From assembly GCA_964015875.1 (NCBI GenBank), contig CAXHEV010000009.1, positions 7,497 to 71,496 of the forward strand: a stretch of 64,000 nt of DNA, in the 5' to 3' direction. Origin of the DNA: an uncultured Candidatus Poseidoniales archaeon (GTDB lineage: Archaea; Thermoplasmatota; Poseidoniia; Poseidoniales; Poseidoniaceae). Within the stretch, counting starts at the first letter, position 1, and each line of letters starts with the position of its first letter. The translations under genes and the position numbers were made by a program. This document shows, one piece after another, positions 31,347 through 41,217 of this stretch. The notes below the pieces were generated by a model. It made no database searches. It saw nothing but the letters and a program-made list of their open reading frames with translations, and was not told the origin of the DNA.

Positions 31347-32051
31347 ATGAGCGATGTTGAAGCGTTGAAAAAAGAGGCTGGTATCGCCGCATGCTCCTTT
31401 GTCAAAACCGGAATGAAAGTCGGTCTTGGCACAGGGTCTACTGTCAAACACACCGTTGTTGAACTCGGCCGAAGAATGGCAGAGGAAGGGCTAGAAATTG
31501 TGGGCGTACCGACCTCCCTTGCCACAGAAAAACTTGCCATCGAGGTAGGTATTCCACTCGTGGAACTTTCAACAATTGACGGACTCGACATCGTCATCGA
31601 CGGTGCAGATGAATACGATCCAAACTTCCAACTGATCAAAGGAGGCGGTGCTGCTCTCCTGCGAGAAAAGGTCGTTGCGCAAGAATCAGCTGCGATGGTG
31701 GTCGTCGCAGATGATCGAAAGCGTGTGGCATACCTCGGGGCGTTTCCCCTCCCGATTGAAGTCACACCGTTTGAACATCAAGCGACAATACGAGCCCTTG
31801 GACGTTTGCTTGATTGTCGAGTCAACTGCCGAATGGCAGGCGATAACCCGGTTGTTACCGACAATGGAAACATGATTGCTGACGCCCACATGGGTCCTAC
31901 GATCAAAGATCCTGTCGGCCTTGAAGCGTCAATCCTCCACATCGCAGGCGTGGTGCAAGTCGGTTTGTTCAACGGCATGTGCGACGCAGTCGTTCTTGCT
32001 GGAGCAGGTGGGGTTGAAACCATCATCAATCCCAACGGCCGATTGAACTGA
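31347..32051 (+). CDS. rpiA: Ribose-5-phosphate isomerase A
   Basis: GLGTGST, DGADE, IKGGGAALLREK, TDNGN. Confidence 0.97.
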   Translation: MSDVEALKKEAGIAACSFVKTGMKVGLGTGSTVKHTVVELGRRMAEEGLEIVGVPTSLATEKLAIEVGIPLVELSTIDGLDIVIDGADEYDPNFQLIKGGGAALLREKVVAQESAAMVVVADDRKRVAYLGAFPLPIEVTPFEHQATIRALGRLLDCRVNCRMAGDNPVVTDNGNMIADAHMGPTIKDPVGLEASILHIAGVVQVGLFNGMCDAVVLAGAGGVETIINPNGRLN

Positions 32052-32107
32052 GCGACATCTCACCGTTGTCCGTCAATGATTAAATACGGGCGGAAGGACG
32101 GCGGTGT

Positions 32108-32184
32108 GGGCCTGTAGCTTAGTCAGGTAGAGCGATGGACTCTTAATCCATCGGTCGCGGGTTCGAACCCCGTCAGGCCCGCCA
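32108..32184 (+). tRNA. tRNA-Lys(CUU)
   Basis: GGGCCTG acceptor stem; ATGGA-CTCTTAA-TCCAT anticodon arm; GTTCGAA T loop; encoded CCA; no intron. Confidence 0.96.
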
Positions 32185-32192
32185 CCAAAGCA

Positions 32193-32489
32193 TCATTCGG
32201 ATTCAAGATCGAGTACAATACCAACCACATTCGATCGAGGTATTCGACCAAAGTTATGAGAATCCTCAGAGGCTAGAGGGTCAGGATGATCGCCCTCGAC
32301 AAACAATGATTCCTCATCAATATCTTTGATTCGTTTTATTGCTCGAACTTGAGAGCGTAAAGGGTGAATGAACACAACCACTGAACCAACTTCTAACAGT
32401 CGAAGATCAGAAGAGCATTCAAGCCGTTGACCATCGGTGTACGTTGGCCACATGCTGTCGCCTGATACAACAGCGATGAAACGCTGCAT
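32193..32489 (-). CDS. sodX: Nickel-SOD maturation protease SodX (S26 family)
   Basis: VSGDSMWPT, IKRI, VEGD...SEDSHNFG; adjacent to sodN. Confidence 0.9.
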   Translation of the reverse strand: MQRFIAVVSGDSMWPTYTDGQRLECSSDLRLLEVGSVVVFIHPLRSQVRAIKRIKDIDEESLFVEGDHPDPLASEDSHNFGRIPRSNVVGIVLDLESE

Positions 32490-32498
32490 GTATGACCC

Positions 32499-32954
32499 TC
32501 AGCTTGCTCGAATCCAAGGGACATCTCGGCCCTTGATTTCCCAGAACATGTGGTGGATTGCTTCGATGGCGTCCATGAGTTCTTGAGCGTGAGTTGCAGA
32601 AACCTCTACTTTACATGCGCTGCATAGCTTTGCTGCTTGCCAAAATGTTGTGTGGAGTTCAGGGTGTGCATCAAGGTGTTGAGGCTTGAAGAAGTCAGTC
32701 CAGAGAACGAGCAATTCATGCTTGCAATTTTGGGCCTCTTCGTCTTTGATTGCAGCGTATCGGCTCATGGTGTTGAGGTAGGATGCCATCGATTCAGAAC
32801 TGAACACCTTTGGATATTCAAGCGCAAGCATTTTTTTGGTCATGGATTGAACTGCTTCACCGGCAATTCGGGCGCTTGCTGGGTCATAGACACCACAGGG
32901 TCCGTCACAATGTGCAGAGGCTTCGATTTCAGGGAGGATGCTCTTTTTGGTCAT
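32499..32954 (-). CDS. sodN: Nickel superoxide dismutase
   Basis: Short pro-peptide then Ni-hook HCDGPCGVYDP; LWTDFFK. Confidence 0.96.
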   Translation of the reverse strand: MTKKSILPEIEASAHCDGPCGVYDPASARIAGEAVQSMTKKMLALEYPKVFSSESMASYLNTMSRYAAIKDEEAQNCKHELLVLWTDFFKPQHLDAHPELHTTFWQAAKLCSACKVEVSATHAQELMDAIEAIHHMFWEIKGRDVPWIRAS

Positions 32955-33002
32955 CGATTTTCCCAAGTCGCCCTAGTACATGAACATGCGGTCAATCCAT
33001 GA

Positions 33003-33911
33003 TTACACAACTATGGTCGTTCCAGCATTCCCCCTAAGTGCATCAATAGCATCACCGGGTTGGCACAAGATGGCTTGGAGACCTGGTTGATGGAGGGCTG
33101 CTTCCATAAGGCTGCCAATCTTTGGACCCATAGAGCCTGCTGGAAATTCCCCCGCCTGAAGGTGGAGTTCGCATTCGTCCAGATCAAGCACGCGATGAAC
33201 TTGCTCTTTATCGGTCCCAAAACCGGTTCGAACAGCGTCGATAGCTGTTGAGATGATGAGCGCGTCTGCCTGCAATTTTATAGCAAGCAGAGCCGAAACC
33301 CGATCTTTGTCGATGACGGCTGGAACGCCTATGAAATGTTGATCTTTGCGAACCACAGGAATCCCACCGCCACCACCGCAAATCACCACGGCGTGAAGGT
33401 CAACGAGTTTCTGGATGACCGGCAGATCAATAATTTCGACTGGAAGGGGGCTCGCCACGACTCGCCGTGGACCTAATTTTGTCTCTGCGATATCCCAATC
33501 AGCTTCCATTACCGTTTTTGATGAAAGCACCGGTCCTACTGGCTTTGTTGGATTCTTGAATCCTGGATCTCTTCGATCGACGAGAACTCGGGTGACAACC
33601 GTGGCGGTTCGCTCAGGTCGTTGACGTTTGGAAAGAATCGAATCAAGATTGAGCGCCAAGCCGTGACCAATCATGCCCTGTGTTGCCGCAACCCATGCAT
33701 CCATTGGTTGAGTAAGGTGTTGGTCAAGCGCCATCAGGTGGCCAACTTGAGGGCCATTTCCGTGTGTAAGCACAACCCCCCAGCCGGCTTCTAAGAGGTC
33801 GACAACGTCCGACATGACGTGAGCAAGTACCTGCTCACTTTCACCCTCATCGTCGCCAGTAGGTGAGGATAGAGCATTGCCTCCAATGGCGTAAACTGCA
33901 ACCTTTGCCAC
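33003..33911 (-). CDS. arcC: Carbamate kinase
   Basis: AIGGNAL, THGNGPQVG, PTKPVG, RRVVASP, GGGGIPV, AVIDKD, GSMGPK. GTG start at 33911. Confidence 0.95.
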   Translation of the reverse strand: MAKVAVYAIGGNALSSPTGDDEGESEQVLAHVMSDVVDLLEAGWGVVLTHGNGPQVGHLMALDQHLTQPMDAWVAATQGMIGHGLALNLDSILSKRQRPERTATVVTRVLVDRRDPGFKNPTKPVGPVLSSKTVMEADWDIAETKLGPRRVVASPLPVEIIDLPVIQKLVDLHAVVICGGGGGIPVVRKDQHFIGVPAVIDKDRVSALLAIKLQADALIISTAIDAVRTGFGTDKEQVHRVLDLDECELHLQAGEFPAGSMGPKIGSLMEAALHQPGLQAILCQPGDAIDALRGNAGTTIVV

Positions 33912-34049
33912 GGGGTGACTTGAACCTGCATTGGTTTGAGGCTTGTCCCATATTGGGTGGTCAATGCGTGGGTTTGACGGCCTGTTTGTGTTGGCCGCTG
34001 GAGGGTGACATTGAATTAGACAATGGCTTACCCAAGAACAGGTGCGAAG

Positions 34050-35381
34050 ATGGTAAAGACAGTTTGGATTGGCGATGTGCAATCTGGAAACTACGACAAC
34101 CAAGTAGTGGAATTGAAGGGTTGGGTCAAGAGAACTCGAGGTTCGAATAAAATTCGGTTCATCGTTCTGCGCGATTCAACCGGGACCATTCAATGCGTGG
34201 CCAAGCGTGACGCATTGGGCGATGAAGCCTTTGAAGCCGTGAAATCTGCCTTGATTGAATCAAGCATTATCATCACTGGTACCGTCAACGTTGACGAACG
34301 TTCTGAAGGCGGTCATGAACTCGTTGTTTCCTTAGTGGAAATTATTGGATCCGTCAATCCTGAGCGACCGTTCCCGATCACTGAATCCGCCATGGCTGCA
34401 GCCGATGGTGGAGAGACTGAATTCCTGCTCGACAACCGACACCTCTACCTCCGCACTTCTCGGATGACGACCATGCTCAAGTTGCGAAGCAGCGTGTTCG
34501 GAGCCATTCACGGGTACTTCCGTGATTTGGATTTCGTTGAGTATCAAGCACCTAACTTCGTTGCAGGCGCAGTTGAAGGGGGCTCAACGTTGTTCGAAGT
34601 GCCTTATTTTGGACGCACGGCTTATCTCACTCAGTCTTGGCAACTCTATGCCGAAGCAGCCATGCCAGCTTTGGAACGATTGTACACCATTGCACCCTCA
34701 TTCCGTGCGGAAAAATCACGCACACGTCGACATTTGACAGAATTTTGGCATGCTGAAATGGAAGTGGCTTGGGCGAGCAATGATGAGATTATGAGCCATG
34801 GTGAAGGCGTGGTGCGTAAGATCGCTTCAACCCTGCTCGAGGAGCAGACTCCTGAACTTGAATCGCTTGGTCGAGACCTTGACTTGGTAGCCAGATACGC
34901 TGACAGCCCCTACCCACGTATGCGCTATGACGAGGCTGTTGAAACCCTCCAAGGCATGGGCGTTGATGTGGAGTGGGGTCAAGATTTGGACTACTCGAAA
35001 GAGAAAGTTCTGACCCAAGATTTTGATGTGCCTCATTTCCTGACCCACTATCCAAAGATCGCTAAACCATTCTACCACAGGGCCGATCCAGATGATGAAA
35101 AGTATGTGCTTTGCCATGATTTGTTGGCACCTGAAGGCTATGGTGAAATCATTGGCGGTGGAGAACGCACATGGTCTGAGGAAGAAATTCTCAAGCGATT
35201 GGACGAAGAAGGCACCCCTCACGAACCCTACCAATTCTACATCGACACACGATCATACGGTGGTGTACCACACGGAGGCTTTGGCCTCGGCGTGGACCGT
35301 GTCTGTTCTTGGTTGACCGGAGCCGACCACATCCGAGAAGTGATTCCATTCCCTCGTGATTCACGACGAGTAACACCCTGA
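34050..35381 (+). CDS. asnS: Asparagine--tRNA ligase
   Basis: OB domain; QSWQLY; FRAEKSRTRRHLTEFWHAEME; GEIIGGGER; PHGGFGLG. Confidence 0.92.
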   Translation: MVKTVWIGDVQSGNYDNQVVELKGWVKRTRGSNKIRFIVLRDSTGTIQCVAKRDALGDEAFEAVKSALIESSIIITGTVNVDERSEGGHELVVSLVEIIGSVNPERPFPITESAMAAADGGETEFLLDNRHLYLRTSRMTTMLKLRSSVFGAIHGYFRDLDFVEYQAPNFVAGAVEGGSTLFEVPYFGRTAYLTQSWQLYAEAAMPALERLYTIAPSFRAEKSRTRRHLTEFWHAEMEVAWASNDEIMSHGEGVVRKIASTLLEEQTPELESLGRDLDLVARYADSPYPRMRYDEAVETLQGMGVDVEWGQDLDYSKEKVLTQDFDVPHFLTHYPKIAKPFYHRADPDDEKYVLCHDLLAPEGYGEIIGGGERTWSEEEILKRLDEEGTPHEPYQFYIDTRSYGGVPHGGFGLGVDRVCSWLTGADHIREVIPFPRDSRRVTP

Positions 35382-35390
35382 GGCGAGTTC

Positions 35391-36434
35391 ATGGGTCATG
35401 CTGTTGCTCTTGGCAGTGGTCTTGTTGGTCGGTTTGTCATTGAACGATTGCTGGAAGCACACCATACCGTCACCGTCATCGACCTCCATGTGCCTGAAGC
35501 ATTCCATTCACACCCTCAGGTGACGGTGTTGGAAGGAGATGCTTTGGCTCATATTGCGAACCTTGAGCCAAACCAGATTGTCATCAACATGCTTCCAGGA
35601 CGCATTGGTGATGCGGTCCGTCCAGAACTGCTTCGTAGACGTCACCAGATTGTCGACCTAGCGTTCACCGCAGAAGACCCACACCGCCACCAAGACCTCG
35701 CCACTGCACATGGTTCTGTGCTCCTGTGGGACGTTGGCATTGCGCCAGGGATTTCAAACATGCTCGTCAAACAAGCCCACGACAAATTCGGAGCCTTGGA
35801 TATGGTATCGATTAAGGTCGGAGGAAATCCCGTTGAAAGTGATCAGGCTTGGTCCTACATGGCACCCTTTTCCCCATCTGACGTCATCGAAGAATACACT
35901 CGACCTGCTCGAATCAAAGTCGATGGAGTGGTTGTGGAAGTTCCCGCACTTGAGGAGCGACATGCCATCGAAGTCGAAGGCTATGGCGTGATGGAGGCTT
36001 TTCTCACCGATGGACTTCGCAGTGTTCTTGACACCATCCCATGCTCAACAATGAAAGAATATACTGTTCGATGGCCAGGTCACATCGATAAATGGCTATC
36101 AGAAGGTCAAGCCATGAATGAAGAGGATCTCCTCGCTGCATGGACCTTTGACAAGAATCGACCTGAATTCACATGGCTGGAAGTCATTGCCGAAGCAGGT
36201 GAACATCGGACTCGTACAGTGGTTCACGATGCAGGAATGAATGGTGATGGCTCGATGGCGCGCACGACGGGCCTTGTCACCGCTGCTTGTGCAATGCTGT
36301 TTATCGAGCAAGGACCAGACGAAGGTTGTGGTCTTCGCCCTGGTATCCACCCTCCGGAAGGACTTTCTGCTCAAGCAATCAACCACATCATGGATTACAT
36401 GCAAAGCGAAGGTGTCAGATTCGAACGCCTCTAG
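35391..36434 (+). CDS. Saccharopine dehydrogenase / lysine 6-dehydrogenase family protein
   Basis: LGSGLVG, DVGIAPG, EEYTRPAR, EAFLTDGL, RWPGH, MARTTG. Confidence 0.88.
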   Translation: MGHAVALGSGLVGRFVIERLLEAHHTVTVIDLHVPEAFHSHPQVTVLEGDALAHIANLEPNQIVINMLPGRIGDAVRPELLRRRHQIVDLAFTAEDPHRHQDLATAHGSVLLWDVGIAPGISNMLVKQAHDKFGALDMVSIKVGGNPVESDQAWSYMAPFSPSDVIEEYTRPARIKVDGVVVEVPALEERHAIEVEGYGVMEAFLTDGLRSVLDTIPCSTMKEYTVRWPGHIDKWLSEGQAMNEEDLLAAWTFDKNRPEFTWLEVIAEAGEHRTRTVVHDAGMNGDGSMARTTGLVTAACAMLFIEQGPDEGCGLRPGIHPPEGLSAQAINHIMDYMQSEGVRFERL

Positions 36435-36564
36435 AGCAAAGGTTCGCCACATTCAGGGCACGGCATTCCTGGAATGAAGACACCCAAAAGAAACCCACAG
36501 TTAGGGCAGATCGACATCAGTCCGTCATCACCGAGCATGGTTACAAGCGTACCACAGAGGTTCA

Positions 36565-37347
36565 TCAAACTGTTGGAGAAAGGCCATAATGTTCGAAAAT
36601 GATGTCTTCAACATGTTTCAGATGTTTTTCTTCGACGATGTGGAGGGCGTGCTTCTTTGGTCGATCATCCCACGGATTGAAACAAATTGGTAGTCCTGAC
36701 TGCTGGAACATGCTGATGTCGCCGGCAGAGTCGCCAACTGAAGCCGTATTTTCTTTGGTTACGCCTAATCTGCGTTGGAGCATTTTCACAACTGACCCTT
36801 TGCCGTCCATTTGAACCTGATACCTTCCAAAATCTGCCAAATGGTGATCTCCATCTCCGGTTGGCAGGCCTAAGAGCCATCCATTCGTAAAGACATGAAG
36901 AAGGGTGTCATTGCCTTGGCCAAACCGTTTTGCAGTGAATCGATCTATGCCACCCCAACGACGTCTCCAAGGGACATTGGAAGGGAATTGAGCCGCTATA
37001 TCTCGAGCTGTTTGTTGCAGACCGCCACTGACAATCGCTACATGGAAGCCCTCATCGAGGAGGTTACCAATCAATTCTTTCCAATAGGTCATCATTGGCA
37101 TACCTTCCATAAGGCCACGCAATTCACTATCGAGGACAGGTGGACCGTCCTTTCTGCTCTCCTTGATGAGAGCGATATCAAGTTTGATCCAATCCCATTC
37201 ATCAAGCAAGCCCTGATTGTAAAGTTCAAATGATTCATCATTGGAAATTCCCAATCTGTCGTAGACAAACTGCCAAGTTGAGAGGTGGTCGACCAGCACC
37301 CGATCCATGTCCAAACAAACTAAACGAGCCTCGGCCATATCGTTCAT
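36565..37347 (-). CDS. HAD-IB family phosphatase (SerB-like)
   Basis: CLDMDRVL, IVSGG, K, VGDSAGD. Confidence 0.85.
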   Translation of the reverse strand: MNDMAEARLVCLDMDRVLVDHLSTWQFVYDRLGISNDESFELYNQGLLDEWDWIKLDIALIKESRKDGPPVLDSELRGLMEGMPMMTYWKELIGNLLDEGFHVAIVSGGLQQTARDIAAQFPSNVPWRRRWGGIDRFTAKRFGQGNDTLLHVFTNGWLLGLPTGDGDHHLADFGRYQVQMDGKGSVVKMLQRRLGVTKENTASVGDSAGDISMFQQSGLPICFNPWDDRPKKHALHIVEEKHLKHVEDIIFEHYGLSPTV

Positions 37348-37380
37348 TGTGTTTCACTCCACTATCAAAGTCTTGGCCGC

Positions 37381-38214
37381 TTAGGTCCGAGATGGCCAAT
37401 CGTACTGCGATTGTACCTGTTCAACCTGCTTACCCATGATGTAGAGGATGAGGGCCACCATAATGCTGAACAGCCCGATGAGTGTCATGGCAATTGTAGC
37501 CAATGTCACGCCAATCGATGTTGAATTTATTTCTTCGAGCGCCCCGACAATATTGCCCGAAAGTCGGTACCCAAGAATGAACAGAACAACACCAGGGATA
37601 CCAAAGAGTAGCAGGGGATGTTTTGATTCGAGCATCCAATAAAACAATTGAGCAAACCTCGAAGCGGTGGCTAAGGATTCGCGTTGATTGATATTGACGT
37701 TGACAGAACCACGGACCACCCTGACCCTAAGGCGCTCATCAAGGTCTTCTGTCGTTCCATCTATAGATAGTGAGGCCAGCGCCTCCATGCCAGACTCTGT
37801 CATCACCAAGTGACGCAGATCCAGTTCCGAAAGCACGAGTGCTTCTTCATGATCCTCGCTGGATGGTTCAGCATGATGAGATAAATGTAGATCCCACAAT
37901 TCACGTGCTCGATTGATGGACAATGAGATGTCTTGTAATTTCCATGCTGTCGTGATGTGGATCGCTAAGGTTGTCTTTGCTGCTTCAAGCTGACAATCAT
38001 GCAAAAATTTTGCAAGATGGACAGCATCAAACGTCGAGGTGTAGTGCAGAGTTTTGCATCCAACTTCCTCCGCAAGTTCGACCGTGGTATCGTTTGAGCC
38101 AAGGTCCAAAAAGACAACTTCGTCCGCTATTTCTCTCGCTCTGACAATGAGGGAAACGACGCGTAAATCAATGTCTTTTCCGACCAGAACAATGCGCAGA
38201 GGAATGTCGGCCAT
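37381..38214 (-). CDS. Degenerate GT2-like membrane protein
   Basis: DEVVFLDLGSNDTT resembles the GT2 N-terminus; C-terminal HPLLLFGIPG plus TMs resembles the 21889 gene. Confidence 0.65.
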   Translation of the reverse strand: MADIPLRIVLVGKDIDLRVVSLIVRAREIADEVVFLDLGSNDTTVELAEEVGCKTLHYTSTFDAVHLAKFLHDCQLEAAKTTLAIHITTAWKLQDISLSINRARELWDLHLSHHAEPSSEDHEEALVLSELDLRHLVMTESGMEALASLSIDGTTEDLDERLRVRVVRGSVNVNINQRESLATASRFAQLFYWMLESKHPLLLFGIPGVVLFILGYRLSGNIVGALEEINSTSIGVTLATIAMTLIGLFSIMVALILYIMGKQVEQVQSQYDWPSRT

Positions 38215-38341
38215 ACATCGCAACCCATGCGCTCTGCCTATCAAACCTCTCAATACGAGGCAGCATAGGCTGTGGTTTTACCATGTTGACAGCGGAAGGG
38301 AGACGAGGCATGTTCATGTGCAACAGGCATGTGGTTGCCTC

Positions 38342-39295
38342 ATGGAGGGCGAGTGGTTCATTGGAGTCGTCGTTCCCGCACGAAATGAGGCACTCTTCAT
38401 TCGTAAAGTGCTCGAAACGATACCAGATTTTGTTGATTGTATTGTCGTTGTCAATGATGGCTCTACCGACGGGACTTTGGAGGAAATACAGGCTGCAAAG
38501 TGTTCTTCAAACCTCATTGAAGTTCATCTGGATGGACAAGGCGTTGGCGCTGCCATTGATGCTGGCCACCAAGCCCTTCTGGAGCACTTTGATGACCCGT
38601 TTGTAAGCGTCGTCATGGCTGGTGATGGGCAAATGAATCCTGACGACCTTCGCGCATTAATCGCACCAATTATTTCCGGGCATAGCGACCATGTCAAAGG
38701 CAACCGTTTTGCTCATACCGATGGCCCAGGTGGTATGCCAAAGCATCGGCAGCTGGCGAGCAAAATCCTCAGTGCAGCTACAACACTCGCAGCAGGGCAA
38801 CGAATTCAAGACCCGCAGTGTGGCTATACTGCAACTTCTCATGACGTGCTAAAAGCATGGGACTGGGACCGCTCTTGGAAAGGGTATGGCTATCCGAACT
38901 TCTGGTTGGTTCAGTTGGCAAAGGCAGGGTGGAGGATCAAAGAACTCCCAGTGCAATCCGTCTATGGCCGGGAACAATCCGGTATTCGGCGTTTGAAGTT
39001 CTTCACTTCTGTTGGCACGATGTTAGCCATTGAGCATCACCGTAGAAACTTCAGTTGGTTGTTCAATCGCAATGTAACCCCACATACCTTGTTTGCGTTC
39101 ATAGCTTACGTCATTGGTTGGATCAGTCTGTTGCCATTCATAAGCACTGACTTGGAACGCGAAATAGTGGCACGCGGCTTACATCCGGTTTTCCTAACCC
39201 TTTTTGCTTGGCTGGTTGCACACTTTTTTGATAGGACAGCCACTGCGATGGTACGGGAGTTGAGAATCAATGCGAAGGCACGACAAGAGACGTAA
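38342..39295 (+). CDS. Glycosyltransferase family 2
   Basis: VPARNE, NDGSTDGT, MAGDGQMNP, KGNRF, DPQCGYTA. Start MEGEW at 38342. Confidence 0.92.
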   Translation: MEGEWFIGVVVPARNEALFIRKVLETIPDFVDCIVVVNDGSTDGTLEEIQAAKCSSNLIEVHLDGQGVGAAIDAGHQALLEHFDDPFVSVVMAGDGQMNPDDLRALIAPIISGHSDHVKGNRFAHTDGPGGMPKHRQLASKILSAATTLAAGQRIQDPQCGYTATSHDVLKAWDWDRSWKGYGYPNFWLVQLAKAGWRIKELPVQSVYGREQSGIRRLKFFTSVGTMLAIEHHRRNFSWLFNRNVTPHTLFAFIAYVIGWISLLPFISTDLEREIVARGLHPVFLTLFAWLVAHFFDRTATAMVRELRINAKARQET

Positions 39296-39599
39296 GCCGA
39301 GAAAGGCACACGTGCGTCACATCTTGGTCGCTGCTAAGCCACAAGCTCGTGAGATTCTTGAACAAGTTCAATCAGCAAAACGACCGCTCAAGGTGTTCAA
39401 GAAACTCGCAAAGAAGTACTCAAACTGCTCAAGTGCGAGTAAAAAAGGCGACTTGGGTGAATTTGTCGAAGGACAAATGGTGCAAGATTTTGAAGATGCT
39501 GTGTGGGCTATGGAGCCTGAAAGCATACCACAATCGTTCATCAAAACTCAATTTGGCTACCACATTTTGTGGGTTCATGAAATCATCCTACCGGAATGA
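39270..39599 (+). CDS. Parvulin-type peptidyl-prolyl isomerase
   Basis: VRHILV, LAKKYSNC, GDLGEF, QMV..FE, KTQFGYHI. Confidence 0.92.
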   Translation: MRRHDKRRKPRKAHVRHILVAAKPQAREILEQVQSAKRPLKVFKKLAKKYSNCSSASKKGDLGEFVEGQMVQDFEDAVWAMEPESIPQSFIKTQFGYHILWVHEIILPE

Positions 39600-39612
39600 A
39601 TTCCACCAATGA

Positions 39613-39690
39613 TGGTGGGCGATCCAGGATTTGAACCTGGGTCCAAGCGTCCCAAACGCCCGAGTATAGGCCAAGCTAACCCAATCGCCC
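39613..39690 (-). tRNA. tRNA-Pro(UGG)
   Basis: GGGCGAT acceptor stem; GGGCG-TTTGGGA-CGCTT anticodon arm; GGTTCAAATCC; encoded CCA. Confidence 0.93.
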
Positions 39691-39725
39691 TTGCATTCCG
39701 TCCCACGGCATCCTACCTATGAAGT

Positions 39726-40166
39726 TCACTCAAGAAGCATCCACCGGCCTTCGCTGATACGAACCAACATTCCTTGCACTTCAGCTTGCTCGATTATGTC
39801 ATTTGCATCTAGATTGGAGTGCTTTTTGTTGAGTGTGTGTTCAAGTGATTCAATTGTAATGATGCCTTCATCGTTTTTTGATTCATGCACCCAACCCCCC
39901 ATCGTTCTCGAAGGCACCTCGTCGGAGAAATCAGAAATTGGATCCTTATCCATCATTTTCTTACGTAGTATTTCCCTTAATTCAGGCGGTGTATTTTGTA
40001 AGGCAACCTCAATTCGCAACGCTTCCGCTGAAGATACAGTTTTGACAATGACTCCATGTTCAGTTAAGCGTTGACCACAATGTGGGCACGATGTTGAGAC
40101 ACCACGACGACCGTGGCATGTCGAGCAAGCGGGGCAGCGGATGACGTTGTATCCTCCATTGCTCAT
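39726..40166 (-). CDS. Zinc-ribbon protein (DUF1922-like) with winged-helix-like C-terminus
   Basis: YNVIRCPAC...SCPHCG. Confidence 0.7.
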   Translation of the reverse strand: MSNGGYNVIRCPACSTCHGRRGVSTSCPHCGQRLTEHGVIVKTVSSAEALRIEVALQNTPPELREILRKKMMDKDPISDFSDEVPSRTMGGWVHESKNDEGIITIESLEHTLNKKHSNLDANDIIEQAEVQGMLVRISEGRWMLLE

Positions 40167-40202
40167 GGTCGTGGCTCAAGTCGAGGGTCTTTCAAGACTT
40201 CT

Positions 40203-40859
40203 TCACAATGAGAAATCCGTATTTGACTTACGAGAACCCGGGCGTAGGGCTGGCGCTGCAGGGGCTTTGACATCGACCCGCTTTTGTGGTGGGTCTGCCG
40301 CCTTGCGAGTCAAACCTCGCACTTTGCCGGTGCCGGTACCTGCGCCGAGGGAGAGGGAGTTTGGCAGAATGAGGGCTGCCATAGCAACGCCATGATGATC
40401 GTTGGCAGCTGTCACTTCATCGACTGCTACATCGAAAGATTTGACTTCCAAATCCCTACTTGCAAGACGGCGTTGGAGGTTTCGTCGCAAAAGGAGTGAG
40501 GTTTCTTCGTAATCAAGTTCTGTGGAAATCGTTGCCACAATTGCACATGGATCGCCCTCTGGCGTCTCACAAGCAGCCCATGCAACACCAGCGCATGCAG
40601 TGGAACCACTCCATGCATATGCAGTGGCCAGGTGGCATTCAACCAGAGAACCCATGGGCAAGGGCTGAGGAGCGGTGGCACCGAACCCTAGCGGTAACAT
40701 CGCACCTTTCATCTCAATGAGGCGGGCATCACCTAAACCAAGTTCCACAAGGCCTTGGTCATAGGCATCTTCCGCATTTTCGCCCCACGGAGCTACCGCT
40801 GTCATGAGCCATCCTGGGCAAGCGACCGAACTTGAGCGGGCACCATCATTCGCATACAT
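40203..40859 (-). CDS. Pyruvoyl-dependent arginine decarboxylase-like protein (lacks SS self-cleavage site)
   Basis: AYDQGLVELGLGDARLIEMKGAMLP...LPMGSLVEC...ACAGVAWA...VAMAAL follows the PdaD pattern. Confidence 0.7.
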   Translation of the reverse strand: MYANDGARSSSVACPGWLMTAVAPWGENAEDAYDQGLVELGLGDARLIEMKGAMLPLGFGATAPQPLPMGSLVECHLATAYAWSGSTACAGVAWAACETPEGDPCAIVATISTELDYEETSLLLRRNLQRRLASRDLEVKSFDVAVDEVTAANDHHGVAMAALILPNSLSLGAGTGTGKVRGLTRKAADPPQKRVDVKAPAAPALRPGSRKSNTDFSL

Positions 40860-40911
40860 GGTGTCGAGACAGACGCAACGGGTTCATGAACACCTTGGTC
40901 GTGCCCTACGC

Positions 40912-41217
40912 ATGGCGATGAATTCTAGGGCGTTGTTGGCGATGTCCGCCATCGGCGTCGTACTTAGCGCTGCCATCTTCAATGTAGCACAAGGGGCAAC
41001 AAGCCTCACGCTCATGGTTTTGGCCATCACATTGGTGCTCGTTGTCTTTGTGTGGTTTCTTTTCGATGGAAGCCAACAAATGACTGGTTCTGGCTCGACT
41101 GTGATAAAGGCGACGCAGTCTATAGGAAGAGGCATTGAGGGTATGAATGATACTGCGGAAGCCTCTGAGGACATCCCAGACCCGCTGGATGCTGGTTTTG
41201 ATGTACCACTGATGTGA
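40912..41217 (+). CDS. Small two-TM membrane protein
   Basis: Two hydrophobic helices; C-terminal IPDPLDAGFDVPLM. Start uncertain. Confidence 0.65.
   Translation: MAMNSRALLAMSAIGVVLSAAIFNVAQGATSLTLMVLAITLVLVVFVWFLFDGSQQMTGSGSTVIKATQSIGRGIEGMNDTAEASEDIPDPLDAGFDVPLM

Noticed and set aside
32108-39690. Integrated element between the two tRNAs
   Set aside because: No integrase or duplicated tRNA 3' end seen; the content is housekeeping (asnS, arcC).
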